From Escherichia coli (GTDB taxonomy: Bacteria > Pseudomonadota > Gammaproteobacteria > Enterobacterales > Enterobacteriaceae), in the NCBI RefSeq assembly GCF_016026235.1, contig NZ_CP065613.1: 64,000 nt of DNA, one strand, 5' to 3'. The notes under the pieces are model-generated. The model was not told where the DNA came from. It worked only from the letters and a program-made list of their open reading frames with translations, and did not search any database. Position numbers and translations under genes: made by a program. Positions 13,117 to 25,085 of this stretch are shown here, piece by piece. Position 1 is the stretch's first letter. The number at the start of each line of letters is the position of its first letter.

Positions 13117-13560
13117 TTAAACCTGCTTCGTCGCAGCGATAATCGCCTCGCTTAACGCATTTAACCCCTGGCTGCGTGAGGCGCTAAGTTGCGCACGCAA
13201 TCCCAGCTCATCAAACAATGCCAGCGGCGACTGTGCCTGCAATTCGGCGGCGGTTTTCCCCTCAACGGCAGTCAACAGCACCGCCAGCAGGCCGCGCACT
13301 ATACGTCCTTCGCTGTCGCCAAAGAAGTGCATTTTACCGTTTTCAGCCACGGTATATCCCAGCCAGACGCGGTTTTCGCATCCGGCAATCTCTTTAGCCT
13401 GCGCTTTTAACTCGTCTGGCAAAGCCGGAAGCTGTTTCCCCAGCATGATCAACTGGCGATATTTATCTTCCCATTGCGTCAACGGTGCGAAGGTATTGCG
13501 TAACGTTTCTGCGGTTACGGTTGTGCCGAACGGATGTCCGGCGAATTGCGGGTTTGTCAT
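13117..13560 (-). CDS. csdE: Sulfur acceptor protein CsdE (SufE-like)
   Basis: 147 aa; matches recalled CsdE; start overlaps the csdA stop. Confidence 0.9.
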
Positions 13561-14765
13561 TAATCCACCAATAATTCCAGCGCGCGGTCAACGGCATTCA
13601 CCAGCGCATCCACATCACTCTTTGTATTATATGGCGCAAAAGAGGCGCGCAGTGTGCCGGTTACGCCTAATTCTGCCAGTAGCGGCTGAGCGCAATGTTG
13701 CCCGGCCCGCAAGGCAATACCGTACTCCGCCAGCAGCGTCACCATATCGCTGTGATGAACGCCAGCAAAATCAAAGGCCAGCTGGCTGGAATCCTGACAG
13801 CGGAATGAACGGAAGCCTGGACGTTTCGCCAGCGCATCTTCCGCCAGTGTTGCTAAACTACGGCTCCAGCTTTCGGCCTGGTTGATATCGTAATCTGCCA
13901 GCCATTCCAGCGCCGCGCTTAATCCTATGACACCAGCCACATTTGGCGTTCCTGCTTCCAGTTTCCACGGCGCAGATTGAGTCGTGAATCCGTCAAAACT
14001 CACTTCGTGAATCATTTTGCCGCCACCCAGCCAGGGCGACATCGCTTCCAGCAGTTCTGATTTGCCATACAGCACGCCGATACCCGTCGGGCCATACAGT
14101 TTGTGACCAGAGAAAGCATAGAAATCGATATCCAGTTGCTGAACATCCGCGGGGAAATGCACCGCCCCCTGAGCACCATCAACCATCACCACCATCCCGG
14201 CTGAATGAGCAAAGGTAATCGCTCGCGCCAGATCCGGGCAACCGCCAGTAACGTTCGACATCTGACCCAACGCCAGAATCCGACTACGGGGAGTAATCAG
14301 TTCTGGCAACAAATCGACATCCGGCAGTCGCTGCGCATTAAGCGGCAATTTCACCACTTTGGCTCCAGTTTGTTGGGCAACCATCAGCCAGGGGACGAGG
14401 TTAGCGTGGTGTTCTGCCACGCTGACAATAATCTCATCGCCCGGTTGCAGACGCGGACGCGCATAGCATTGTGCCACCATGTTGATGGATTCAGTGGTGC
14501 CGCGCGTCCAGACGATAGTTTTATCATCCGGTGCATTCAGTAATTGCGCCACTTTCTCTCGTGCAGCTTCATAACGCGCGGTCAGGCGTTGGGCTTCGGC
14601 AAACTGGCTGCGATGGACGTTTCCGGCGCTCAGGCTGTAAAACTGTCGAGTGGCTTCAACCACGGCTTCAGGTTTAAGCGCGGTCGCGGCGCTATCGAGA
14701 TAGACGCCCGCATCCTGTAGTGCGGGAAACTGGGCGCGAAACTGCGCGGGATTAAAAACGTTCAT
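13560..14765 (-). CDS. csdA: Cysteine sulfinate desulfinase / cysteine desulfurase CsdA
   Basis: 401 aa from ATG 14765 ([16 protein letters not shown]...); PLP-fold motif [10 protein letters not shown]; the track ORF adds 12 aa upstream. Confidence 0.9.
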
Positions 14766-14956
14766 GGTACTCCTCGGCTTGATGCACCGATCGTGACGCA
14801 AAATTCACTTTGATACAAGGAGAGTGCTAACCATCAGAATTATCTGGATATCCTGGCGAAGCCGCGTAAGTAACATATGCTGAATAGTGTTAGGCGTTAA
14901 TTTTAGCCTGTTAATCAATACTATTAAGATTTATTAATCGCTTTAAGGAGAAGATG

Positions 14957-15184
14957 ATGAAAAAGACTGCCGCAATTATTTCTGCCTGTATGCTGACTTT
15001 TGCCCTGAGCGCCTGTTCCGGTTCGAACTATGTGATGCACACCAATGACGGACGTACCATCGTCTCTGACGGCAAACCACAGACTGATAACGATACCGGT
15101 ATGATTTCGTATAAAGACGCTAATGGCAACAAACAGCAGATCAACCGTACTGACGTGAAAGAGATGGTCGAACTGGATCAGTAA
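14957..15184 (+). CDS. ygdI: DUF903 lipoprotein YgdI
   Basis: 75 aa with lipobox (LSACSG); start may be 14954 or 14957. Confidence 0.8.
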   Translation: MKKTAAIISACMLTFALSACSGSNYVMHTNDGRTIVSDGKPQTDNDTGMISYKDANGNKQQINRTDVKEMVELDQ

Positions 15185-15200
15185 TTCGCGATCGCAAGGT

Positions 15201-15406
15201 AAAAAAAAGCACCGCAATTAGGCGGTGCTACATTAATCACTATGGACAGACAGGGTAAATGTACAGGAAGTGAAAAAAGGTAGCTTTGCTACCATGGTCT
15301 GAATCGCAGACCAATTGCAAACACAACAACACAACATCACAACCGTAAGCCAAAAGTTCACCAGAACACGCATTCCGATAAAACTTTTCGTTCCGGCTCA
15401 GGAAGT
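15201..15406 (-). ncRNA. gcvB: GcvB small regulatory RNA
   Basis: Reverse complement begins ACTTCCTGAGCCGGAACGAAAAG, contains the GU-rich R1 region and ends in the hairpin GCACCGC..GCGGTGC plus U-run; 206 nt; divergent from gcvA. Confidence 0.9.
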
Positions 15407-15534
15407 GCCGCCACTATAGGTATTTGCTGGTAGAAGCTCAACGGACAATTTATAATGGCTCAGATTAAAAAAACTAATAGGTTACACAGTGTAATCTAAT
15501 TGTTAAATTCATTTAACATCAAAGTTTAAAAGCC

Positions 15535-16452
15535 ATGTCTAAACGATTACCACCGCTAAATGCCTTACGAGTTTTTGATGCCGCAGCACGCCATTTAAGT
15601 TTCACTCGCGCAGCAGAAGAGCTTTTTGTGACCCAGGCCGCAGTAAGTCATCAAATCAAGTCTCTTGAGGATTTTTTTGGGCTAAAACTGTTCCGCCGCC
15701 GTAATCGTTCACTCCTGCTGACCGAGGAAGGGCAAAGCTATTTCCTCGATATCAAAGAGATATTTTCGCAATTAACCGAAGCGACGCGTAAACTCCAGGC
15801 CCGTAGCGCCAAGGGGGCGTTGACGGTCAGTTTACTCCCCAGTTTCGCCATTCATTGGTTGGTTCCGCGACTTTCCAGCTTTAATTCAGCTTATCCGGGA
15901 ATTGACGTTCGAATCCAGGCGGTTGATCGTCAGGAAGATAAGCTGGCGGATGATGTTGATGTGGCGATATTTTATGGTCGGGGCAACTGGCCGGGGCTAC
16001 GGGTGGAAAAACTGTACGCCGAATATTTATTGCCGGTGTGTTCGCCGCTACTGCTGACAGGCGAAAAACCCTTGAAGACCCCGGAAGATCTGGCTAAACA
16101 TACGTTATTACATGATGCGTCACGCCGTGACTGGCAGACATATACCCGACAGTTGGGGTTAAATCATATCAACGTTCAGCAAGGGCCAATTTTTAGTCAT
16201 AGCGCCATGGTGCTGCAAGCGGCTATTCACGGGCAGGGAGTGGCGCTGGCAAATAACGTGATGGCGCAATCTGAAATCGAGGCCGGACGTCTTGTTTGCC
16301 CGTTTAATGATGTTCTGGTCAGTAAAAACGCTTTTTATCTGGTTTGTCATGACAGCCAGGCAGAACTGGGTAAAATAGCCGCCTTTCGCCAATGGATCCT
16401 GGCGAAAGCCGCTGCTGAACAAGAAAAATTCCGCTTTCGTTATGAACAATAA
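15535..16452 (+). CDS. gcvA: Glycine cleavage system transcriptional activator (LysR family)
   Basis: 305 aa; N-terminal HTH (LNALRVFDAAARHLSFTRAAEELFVTQAAVSHQIKSLE). Confidence 0.95.
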   Translation: MSKRLPPLNALRVFDAAARHLSFTRAAEELFVTQAAVSHQIKSLEDFFGLKLFRRRNRSLLLTEEGQSYFLDIKEIFSQLTEATRKLQARSAKGALTVSLLPSFAIHWLVPRLSSFNSAYPGIDVRIQAVDRQEDKLADDVDVAIFYGRGNWPGLRVEKLYAEYLLPVCSPLLLTGEKPLKTPEDLAKHTLLHDASRRDWQTYTRQLGLNHINVQQGPIFSHSAMVLQAAIHGQGVALANNVMAQSEIEAGRLVCPFNDVLVSKNAFYLVCHDSQAELGKIAAFRQWILAKAAAEQEKFRFRYEQ

Positions 16453-16470
16453 TTTACGTAGGGTACGACC

Positions 16471-16866
16471 ATGACCAGCCGTTTTATGCTGATTTTCGCC
16501 GCCATTAGCGGCTTCATTTTTGTGGCTCTGGGCGCTTTTGGCGCGCATGTGTTAAGTAAAACCATGGGGGCCGTTGAGATGGGCTGGATCCAGACCGGCC
16601 TCGAATACCAGGCGTTTCATACGCTGGCGATCTTAGGTCTGGCGGTGGCAATGCAGCGTCGCATCAGTATCTGGTTTTACTGGAGTAGCGTTTTCCTCGC
16701 GTTAGGCACGGTGTTGTTCAGCGGCAGCCTTTATTGCCTGGCGCTGTCCCATCTGCGTTTGTGGGCGTTTGTCACTCCGGTTGGCGGCGTGAGCTTCCTC
16801 GCGGGCTGGGCGTTAATGTTAGTTGGTGCTATCCGTTTAAAGCGCAAGGGCGTAAGTCATGAATAA
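16471..16866 (+). CDS. ygdD: DUF423 inner-membrane protein YgdD
   Basis: 131 aa, hydrophobic helices; conserved position upstream of rlmM. Confidence 0.8.
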
Positions 16867-17959
16867 GGTTGTATTGCTGTGCCGTCCGGGCTTTGAAAAA
16901 GAGTGCGCCGCAGAAATTACCGATAAAGCCGGCCAGCGGGAAATTTTCGGTTTTGCCCGCGTGAAAGAGAATGCGGGTTATGTCATTTATGAATGTTATC
17001 AACCTGATGATGGCGATAAGTTAATCCGTGAGCTGCCGTTCAGTTCATTAATTTTTGCCCGCCAGTGGTTTGTGGTGGGGGAACTCCTGCAGCATTTGCC
17101 GCCAGAAGATCGTATTACCCCCATTGTCGGCATGTTACAGGGCGTAGTAGAGAAGGGCGGTGAACTGCGTGTTGAAGTTGCCGATACCAACGAAAGCAAA
17201 GAGTTACTGAAATTCTGCCGTAAATTTACTGTTCCGCTACGCGCTGCCTTGCGCGATGCCGGGGTGCTGGCGAACTATGAAACGCCGAAGCGTCCGGTTG
17301 TGCATGTATTCTTTATTGCACCAGGCTGCTGCTATACCGGTTACTCATACAGCAACAATAATTCGCCGTTCTATATGGGCATTCCGCGCCTGAAATTTCC
17401 GGCAGATGCGCCGAGTCGTTCCACGCTCAAACTGGAAGAGGCATTTCATGTGTTTATTCCTGCGGATGAGTGGGATGAACGCCTGGCGAACGGGATGTGG
17501 GCGGTGGATTTAGGCGCTTGCCCTGGCGGCTGGACCTACCAACTGGTGAAGCGCAACATGTGGGTTTATTCCGTCGACAACGGCCCGATGGCGCAAAGTC
17601 TGATGGATACCGGACAGGTGACGTGGCTGCGGGAAGACGGTTTCAAATTCCGTCCGACGCGCAGCAATATCTCCTGGATGGTATGCGATATGGTTGAAAA
17701 ACCGGCGAAAGTTGCGGCATTGATGGCGCAGTGGCTGGTTAATGGCTGGTGCCGTGAAACCATTTTCAACCTCAAACTGCCGATGAAAAAACGCTACGAA
17801 GAAGTGTCACACAATCTGGCGTATATTCAGGCACAGCTTGATGAACATGGCATAAATGCTCAGATTCAGGCGCGGCAGTTGTATCACGATCGCGAAGAAG
17901 TGACGGTGCACGTCCGCCGCATCTGGGCTGCGGTGGGTGGTCGTCGCGACGAGCGATAA
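16859..17959 (+). CDS. rlmM: 23S rRNA 2'-O-ribose C2498 methyltransferase
   Basis: 366 aa; matches recalled RlmM (YgdE); overlaps the ygdD stop. Confidence 0.9.
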
Positions 17960-18002
17960 CAGGCAAGGCCGGGGCGTCGTCTCCGGCCTGCTACCCTTTC
18001 CG

Positions 18003-18734
18003 TCAGGCTGTTACCAAAGAAGTTGCAACCTGGCGCTCATCAGAAATAATGTGCGTTACCTCATCCAGATGCCCGATGCGGGCTTCCCCTGAACGATTAA
18101 ATTTACTTTTATCAATCAATAACAACGATTGCGCGGCACGTTTTAATAGCATCGATTTGTAATCAGCGTTGATCGCATTGGAGTCCCACAGTGCGCCGCT
18201 GCTATCGATCCCTTCACAAGAAAAAATAAACAGATCGATTTCCAGCGATTTAAGTTGGGAAATCAGCGAGGGATTGACGTAACAGCCATATTTGCGCTCA
18301 AGTGTGCCGCCGGAACTGATCAGTTGAATGCGTTCGCGTTTACCGAGTTCATGGCAAATCGGATGGCTATTGGTGAAGACCTGAATGTTGATGTCAGGCA
18401 ACTGGCGTGCCAGATACCAGCAAGTTGAACTGGCGTCTAAGGCTATCACCATCCCTTCTTCAATCCACGCGAGCGCCTCGCGCGCGATATCTGCTTTATG
18501 CGCATAATGGCTTTTCAGCCTGATGTGAAAGGGAGCGCCACTGTCTTGATTTTGACGGTGGATATATTTAGCGCGTCCATGATTGCGCAGAATTTTACCC
18601 TGCGTCTGTAATTCATTGAGATCGCGACGAATGGTTTCTTTACTGACCTTTAGCTGTTCAGAGAGAGCTTCCGTGGTCAGGCTGGTATGGTTCAGCAGCA
18701 GGTCGACTATCGCTTGCTGGCGTGCCGCTTTCAT
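18003..18734 (-). CDS. fucR: L-fucose operon activator (DeoR family)
   Basis: 243 aa from ATG 18734 (MKAARQQAIVDLL...); the track ORF adds 3 aa. Confidence 0.9.
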   Translation of the reverse strand: MKAARQQAIVDLLLNHTSLTTEALSEQLKVSKETIRRDLNELQTQGKILRNHGRAKYIHRQNQDSGAPFHIRLKSHYAHKADIAREALAWIEEGMVIALDASSTCWYLARQLPDINIQVFTNSHPICHELGKRERIQLISSGGTLERKYGCYVNPSLISQLKSLEIDLFIFSCEGIDSSGALWDSNAINADYKSMLLKRAAQSLLLIDKSKFNRSGEARIGHLDEVTHIISDERQVATSLVTA

Positions 18735-18791
18735 ATTTTTCACCCCATCATTCGATAACCGCCCGCGTCATGCGGGCGTACCGGTATGAGA

Positions 18792-19214
18792 TTACGGTGT
18801 TACCCCTTTTTTTAAAAGAATATTCCCGTACTTCGCTCGTTCGCCTGTGATAACGATCGCAAAGGCTTTTTGCGCCCGTTCATAAAACGCAAAACGATTG
18901 ATGCGGATGATGTCAGGACACGGGGCTTGTAGTGAAAGCGCATTACGGTAACGTCGTTCTACTTCAGGATCGAGAGTGTCACCTTCTACCGCCGCCATCA
19001 TCACCAGCGGCGGTGCATAACTGTCCAGTTCAAATAACGGGATAATCGCCTGGAGCAAGTCGCTCACCAACAGGCCATCAGCGCGGATCACCTGCGGTCC
19101 CATCGAATGGGCGGGAAAGTGAGCATCGGAAAAAATAATTTCATCTCCATGTCCCATCTCTGCCAGCACTTTCAATAGTTCGGGAGAAATTAACGGCGAA
19201 ATTGTTTTCAGCAT
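18792..19214 (-). CDS. fucU: L-fucose mutarotase
   Basis: 140 aa; matches recalled FucU. Confidence 0.9.
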
Positions 19215-19215
19215 T

Positions 19216-20664
19216 TCACACTTCCTCTATAAATTCAGGTTCAGTTTGCGGGTAGAAATAACGGTACTGATAATGAATCTGTGCGCGGGCTTCTTCCGGG
19301 CTGTTAAATTCCCCTACGCCATACCAACCGAACAGCGCAGCTCCTGCGACGGTCGTTTCGGCGTCGTCGAGAACTTTTACCGGAATATCAAGCATATTGG
19401 CTTTAATCTGATTCCACAATGTGTTGCGACTTCCTCCACCGACTAACAATAATTCAGAGGCCTTAAAGTGCCCGATTTTTTCCAGCATCTGTAGATTGCG
19501 CTGTAATTGCGCAGTTAACCCTTCCAGCGCCGCGCGATAGAAATGCCCCCGCGTGGTATTAAGCGTCACTCCTTGCCAGCCAGCGTTCTGACACGACAAT
19601 AAATCACACTGCATTTTTACGCCATCCGCGCCAGGCGCGATCAGACGAGCTTCTTCAATCAACATTTGCCAGGGTGTTTCAGCCGTCCAGAACAGTTTTC
19701 TCACCCATTCCAGCACGCCGGATGCCAGCCATTGCATACCTGGGTTATACAACCCTGCCTGGCTATCCAGTTCGCAGGTGGAACCGGCGTACTGACTTAA
19801 CAGCGAAGTATCAACCTGGGCGCTACGGACCATTAAAATTTCCCATGTACCGGAAGAGAGCACGGGTTCATTTTGGTCGGCACCAGCGCCAAAAAGGGCG
19901 AACTGGGTATCGTGACCTGCGGAAATCACCGGTATGCCAACGGGTAAGCCGAGCATTGCTGCGGCGCTGTTCTGTAGCGTACCAATCTGTTCACCCGCTT
20001 CCACCAGACGAGGGAAGAGTCGGCGTGGAATACCGGTGGCTTGTAAAATTTGCGGACTGAAATCGCGTTGCTGGATATCCAGCATCTGGCTGGTTCCGGC
20101 CATCGTGATATCAGTAGTGAATTCGCCGGTTAAACGGTGGTTAATCAGCGACGAAATAAAGAGCCAGGCGTGCGCGCGTTCCAGCAGTTGTGGATGATTT
20201 TCTTTCAACCACACCAACTTATATAACGTATTGAAACTAAAGGCTCCGACGCCAGAAATAGCCTGCAACCGCTGTGCGGAGATCAACTGTTCAATATTGT
20301 CCATAACCGCTGCTGTTCGCGGACATTTCCAGCTAATGATCGGATAGAGCAGATTGCCTTGCTTATCTACCAGAGCGCCATCCACACCAAAGGTGGTGAC
20401 GGCGATACCGCGGATGTGGCATTCAGTCAGTTCACTATTGATTTGCCGACAGCAATCAGCAAAGCGTTGCAAAATGGCGTCTAAAGACCACTGGTGCCAG
20501 GTGTTGTTTTCCATCGCGATATCGCTGGCATTAGGCGTTGAGGCGCGGGCAACAATTTTTCCCTGCCGATTAACCGCGATGGCCCTGACATTGGTCGCGC
20601 CACAGTCGAGTACCAGGATAACTTCTTGTTTCATAATCGCTCCTGCAATATAGCCGGATAACAT
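19216..20664 (-). CDS. fucK: L-fuculokinase
   Basis: FGGY kinase; ORF 482 aa from 20664, alternative start [15 protein letters not shown] at 20634 (472 aa). Confidence 0.9.
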
Positions 20665-20742
20665 TGCTTATCCGGCTAACCACTCTTGCTTGTTCAGGCC
20701 CGGTAGCCGGAGCGACCGGGCATCACATCAGGGAGTAATGTA

Positions 20743-22518
20743 TTAACGCTTGTACAACGGACCGTAGTTCTGGCAAGCGCGGTAATCCTGGCCTTCAATA
20801 TCCATGCCGTGCGCAGCCCAGGCAGAAGGACGATACACTTTGGTCTCTTCAACGTTGTGCATACATACCGGGATACGCAGCATGGAGGCGAGAGTGATAA
20901 AGTCAGCGCCAACGTGGCCGATGGTCAGAACCCCATGGTTAGCGCCCCAGTTCGCCATTACCGAGTACACATCCGTAAACGGCCCTTTACCGGTGAGGCG
21001 CGGTGCAAACCAGGTGGTTGGCCAGGTTGAGTTGGTGCGTTTGTTGAGGATGTCATGCACATCCTTCGGCAATTCCACGCTCCAGCCTTCCGCGATTTGC
21101 AGTACCGGTCCCAGGCCTTTGATGATGTTGACACGAGTCATGGTGAACGGGACGCCGCCTTCGGTAAGGAAGCGGGAAGAGTAACCGCCGCCACGGAAGT
21201 ATTCGTGGATCGCCGGGCACCATTCGGTAGCGGCGAGGCAAGCGTCAGCCTCTTGCTGAGAGATTTCCCAGTGCGGCTTCATCGTCGGGTTACCTTCGCT
21301 GTCGCGTTGTTTACAGGAACCGTCCAGCGCAGCAGAACCTGAGTTGATCAAATGGATGATGCCGTGTTCTGCCAGTCCATCGAGTTTATGCCCCGTTACA
21401 CGCTCAATTGCTTCTGGTGACCAGTAGGTACGCACATCGGCAAATACCTGAGCGGTGCCGGTGAGCTGGTGACCCATTAGCATTGCCACGCCGTTAAGAC
21501 TGTCGTTTTCGGTCGCCACGACAAAGGGTTCGCGCACGCCATTCCAGTCAAATGAACTGTTGAGGATCGCTTCGGCGGTGTCACCATTGGGATATTGATC
21601 GGTCCAGTGACGTTGCCCCTGGAAGCCCGCAGCGATGGCGTTGTAGCCAAGTGATTCTTCCACGCGACCAATATCGGCCAGTTTGCTGTTGCCTTGCATC
21701 ATGTCGCGGATACACATCGCCATCAGTAAACTTTCGCGCAGAACTGCGCGACTTTGCTCGGCATTACGTTGATACTGTTTGTTATTTTCATCTTCGCCAT
21801 AGCGGAAGTTTTTATCAGCCCAGGCCAGTGCCATTTCCAGTTCGGCTTCGTCGTAAATCTTCTGATCGATACGGCGACGCAGTTCGGTCATATCCACCGC
21901 CTGGACTTTCATTCCCAGCCAGGATTCAAAGAAGTTGTGATCAACAATAGAACCGGCGATACCCATCGAAACGCCGCCCAGCGACAGATAGCTTTTACCT
22001 TTCATGCTGGCGACGGCCAAACCGGCGCGGGCAAAGCGCAGCAGTTTTTCTTCAACATCGGCAGGAATCGATGTGTCATCGGCATCCTGAACGTCATGAC
22101 CGTAAATGGAGAATGCTGGGATGCCTTTCTGGCTGTGAGCTGCCAGAGCCGCTGCCAGGTAAACAGCGCCGGGACGTTCAGTGCCGTTAAAGCCCCAAAT
22201 GGCTTTCGGGCGGGTTGGATCCATGTCGATGGTTTCACTGCCATAGCACCAGCAAGGCGTTACCGTAATGGTGAGGCCTACATTCTGACTGCTGAATTTT
22301 TCTTCGCAAGCAGCGGCTTCAGCCATACCCGCGATACAGGTATCGGAAATGACACACTCGACGGCAGCTCCGCAGGCATGGCGCAGTTTCTCGGTCAGCA
22401 GTGCGGCCGTAGCTTTCGCCATATTCATTGTTTGTTCTTCAAGCGACTCACGAACACCCATGCGACGACCGTCAATAACCGGGCGGATACCAATTTTCGG
22501 TAAGCTGATTTTTTTCAT
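20743..22518 (-). CDS. fucI: L-fucose isomerase
   Basis: 591 aa; matches recalled FucI. Confidence 0.95.
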   Translation of the reverse strand: MKKISLPKIGIRPVIDGRRMGVRESLEEQTMNMAKATAALLTEKLRHACGAAVECVISDTCIAGMAEAAACEEKFSSQNVGLTITVTPCWCYGSETIDMDPTRPKAIWGFNGTERPGAVYLAAALAAHSQKGIPAFSIYGHDVQDADDTSIPADVEEKLLRFARAGLAVASMKGKSYLSLGGVSMGIAGSIVDHNFFESWLGMKVQAVDMTELRRRIDQKIYDEAELEMALAWADKNFRYGEDENNKQYQRNAEQSRAVLRESLLMAMCIRDMMQGNSKLADIGRVEESLGYNAIAAGFQGQRHWTDQYPNGDTAEAILNSSFDWNGVREPFVVATENDSLNGVAMLMGHQLTGTAQVFADVRTYWSPEAIERVTGHKLDGLAEHGIIHLINSGSAALDGSCKQRDSEGNPTMKPHWEISQQEADACLAATEWCPAIHEYFRGGGYSSRFLTEGGVPFTMTRVNIIKGLGPVLQIAEGWSVELPKDVHDILNKRTNSTWPTTWFAPRLTGKGPFTDVYSVMANWGANHGVLTIGHVGADFITLASMLRIPVCMHNVEETKVYRPSAWAAHGMDIEGQDYRACQNYGPLYKR

Positions 22519-22550
22519 TACAGATTCCTCACTTTATTCGGAAAATATGT

Positions 22551-23867
22551 TCAGTTAGTTGCCGTTTGAGAACGGAAACGGGCAAAGATAAAGATGACCG
22601 CGAAGCAGAGTGCGGGGATCAGTTCAGCAGTGGGGATGTTGCCCGCCGCGTCACTGACAAAACCCATGACCGGAGTGACAATACCGCCGCCAATGATGGT
22701 CATAACGATGAAGGACGAACCGTATTTGGTGTCCTGGCCGAGATTCTTAATGCCCAGCGAGAAGATTGTTGGGTACTGAATCGACATAAAGGCGCTGCAT
22801 AAAGTCAGGGCTATTAAGCCCACATGACCGCCAGCGAAGGCTGAGATCAGGCACAGTGCCATAGCGATTAATGCGTAGGCGGCCAGGACTTTGTGTGGTG
22901 CGAAGCGACTGATGAGCCAGGTACCGGTGAAACGACCAATAAAGAAGCACACCATGGTTCCGGTTAAATAGTTAGCGGCAAAGCCTGCAGTCATACCTGG
23001 AATTTCTTCTACAGCGTAGCGAATCAAATAGCTCCAGCAGGCCGTTTGTGCGCCAACGTAGCAGAATTGCGCTAATACTGCCCAGCGCCAGTGGCGAATA
23101 CGCGCCAGGCGAGAAAGCGATGCGGAGAACGATCCTTGTTTGGCGTCACTGTGATTATCACTCTGCAATGCCGGGAATTTCGTCAGCATGATCAGCAGGG
23201 CGACCAGTAACACGATAGCCACGATGATCATATAAGGTGTCTGTACCGATAATACCAGGCTGTGTTTATACGCACTCAATTGCTCTGGAGACATTTTATC
23301 GAGAACGTCTTGCGATTGATGTGGCACGTTAGACAAAATAAGACTTTGCCCAAAGACAACCGCGATAATTGCGCCAAACGAGTTAAATGTTTGCGCAAGA
23401 TTTAAGCGGAAGTGACCACTGCTTTCCGGCCCTAATACCGTAACAAAAGGGTTTGCGGCAGTTTCCAGACAACCTAATCCGGCTGCAATAATAAATAGGC
23501 CAACTAAAAATAAGGTGTAGTTCATTATTTCTGCAGCGGGCCAGAATAATGCAGCGCCCAAGGCATATAAAAATAATCCGGTAATAATCCCTGCTTTATA
23601 ACTGAGTTTTTTCATCAATATCCCAGCAGGGATTGGGATAATGAAATAACCAAAGTAAAAGGCCGATTGGATCAGGCCAGCCTGGAAATTTGTCAGCGTA
23701 AAAGCCTGCTGGAATTGAGGTAATAAAATGTCGTTAAGGTTATTGGCTACCGCCCAAAGAAAAAACAGTGAGCACAGCAGCGCGAATGGAATAATGTAAC
23801 TTCTGCTTTGCCCTGCATCTTTATCTACCGCACGGTAACTCTGCGTTTGTATTGATGTGTTTCCCAT
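22551..23867 (-). CDS. fucP: L-fucose:H+ symporter (MFS)
   Basis: 438 aa, multi-helix membrane protein in the conserved fucPIKUR order. Confidence 0.95.
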   Translation of the reverse strand: MGNTSIQTQSYRAVDKDAGQSRSYIIPFALLCSLFFLWAVANNLNDILLPQFQQAFTLTNFQAGLIQSAFYFGYFIIPIPAGILMKKLSYKAGIITGLFLYALGAALFWPAAEIMNYTLFLVGLFIIAAGLGCLETAANPFVTVLGPESSGHFRLNLAQTFNSFGAIIAVVFGQSLILSNVPHQSQDVLDKMSPEQLSAYKHSLVLSVQTPYMIIVAIVLLVALLIMLTKFPALQSDNHSDAKQGSFSASLSRLARIRHWRWAVLAQFCYVGAQTACWSYLIRYAVEEIPGMTAGFAANYLTGTMVCFFIGRFTGTWLISRFAPHKVLAAYALIAMALCLISAFAGGHVGLIALTLCSAFMSIQYPTIFSLGIKNLGQDTKYGSSFIVMTIIGGGIVTPVMGFVSDAAGNIPTAELIPALCFAVIFIFARFRSQTATN

Positions 23868-24413
23868 AGCATCCTCTTAGGTTCAGAAGCTTAAGCACGT
23901 AATCGGTTATGTTTTCAAAAGTGCAAAACCAGCGAGTTCGGGCTTCATATCAGTGAATATTTGCCTGTCTGAAATGAACTCATGGATTCATTTTCAAATA
24001 AAAAACGCTCTGTAATATGACGGCGGTCACACTTATTAGCTGGAAGGTGACTTTATGTGACTACCATCACTTTAATAATCGAAATTTCATGCCCGTTTCA
24101 GAAAATAAATCATAAAAAACACAAACCAGATGACCGTATTAATTGTTTATGCCGAAAACGGGCATTCCTGGCTTGAGTGAATAGAAAAATGACCGTTTTG
24201 ATAAATATTTTTAAGAGCGGTCATTTTTAATGGGGTTATAAAAAGAGAACTTGCAGTTATTTACTGTGATTAGTTGAACCAGGTCACAAAATATAAGCTT
24301 GTGAATTTCTTTCTGGTTAATCAGGAAGAAGATGGTGGGTAATTAAACGGCTAATTCAATAGTGTGAAAGGAACAACATTATTGCCCTGTTTTGAATCAG
24401 AGAGAGGTAGCTA
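23868..24413. promoter_or_regulatory. Divergent fucPIKUR / fucAO control region
   Basis: 546 bp AT-rich intergenic region between divergent operons; contains the inverted repeat AAAATGACCG ... CGGTCATTTT (about 24187-24229) and a related half-site near 24130. Confidence 0.6.
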
Positions 24414-25061
24414 ATGGAACGAAATAAACTTGCTCGTCAGATTATTGACACTTGCCTGGAAATGACCCGCCTGGGACTGAACCAGGGGACAGCGGGGAAC
24501 GTCAGTGTACGTTATCAGGATGGGATGCTGATTACGCCTACAGGCATTCCATATGAAAAACTGACGGAGTCGCATATTGTCTTTATTGATGGCAACGGTA
24601 AACATGAGGAAGGAAAGCTCCCCTCAAGCGAATGGCGTTTCCATATGGCGGCCTATCAAAGCAGACCGGATGCCAACGCGGTTGTTCACAATCATGCCGT
24701 TCATTGCACGGCAGTTTCCATTCTTAACCGATCGATCCCCGCTATTCACTACATGATTGCGGCGGCTGGCGGTAATTCTATTCCTTGCGCGCCTTATGCG
24801 ACCTTTGGAACACGTGAACTTTCTGAACATGTTGCGCAGGCTCTCAAAAATCGTAAGGCAACTTTGTTACAACATCATGGGCTTATCGCTTGTGAGGTGA
24901 ATCTGGAAAAAGCGTTATGGCTGGCGCATGAAGTTGAAGTGCTGGCGCAACTTTACCTGACGACCCTGGCGATTACGGACCCGGTGCCAGTGCTGAGCGA
25001 TGAAGAGATTGCCGTAGTGCTGGAGAAATTCAAAACCTATGGGTTACGAATTGAAGAGTAA
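24414..25061 (+). CDS. fucA: L-fuculose-1-phosphate aldolase
   Basis: 215 aa; class II aldolase; matches recalled FucA. Confidence 0.95.
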   Translation: MERNKLARQIIDTCLEMTRLGLNQGTAGNVSVRYQDGMLITPTGIPYEKLTESHIVFIDGNGKHEEGKLPSSEWRFHMAAYQSRPDANAVVHNHAVHCTAVSILNRSIPAIHYMIAAAGGNSIPCAPYATFGTRELSEHVAQALKNRKATLLQHHGLIACEVNLEKALWLAHEVEVLAQLYLTTLAITDPVPVLSDEEIAVVLEKFKTYGLRIEE

Positions 25062-25085
25062 TTTCGTAAAGCAACAAGGAGAAGG

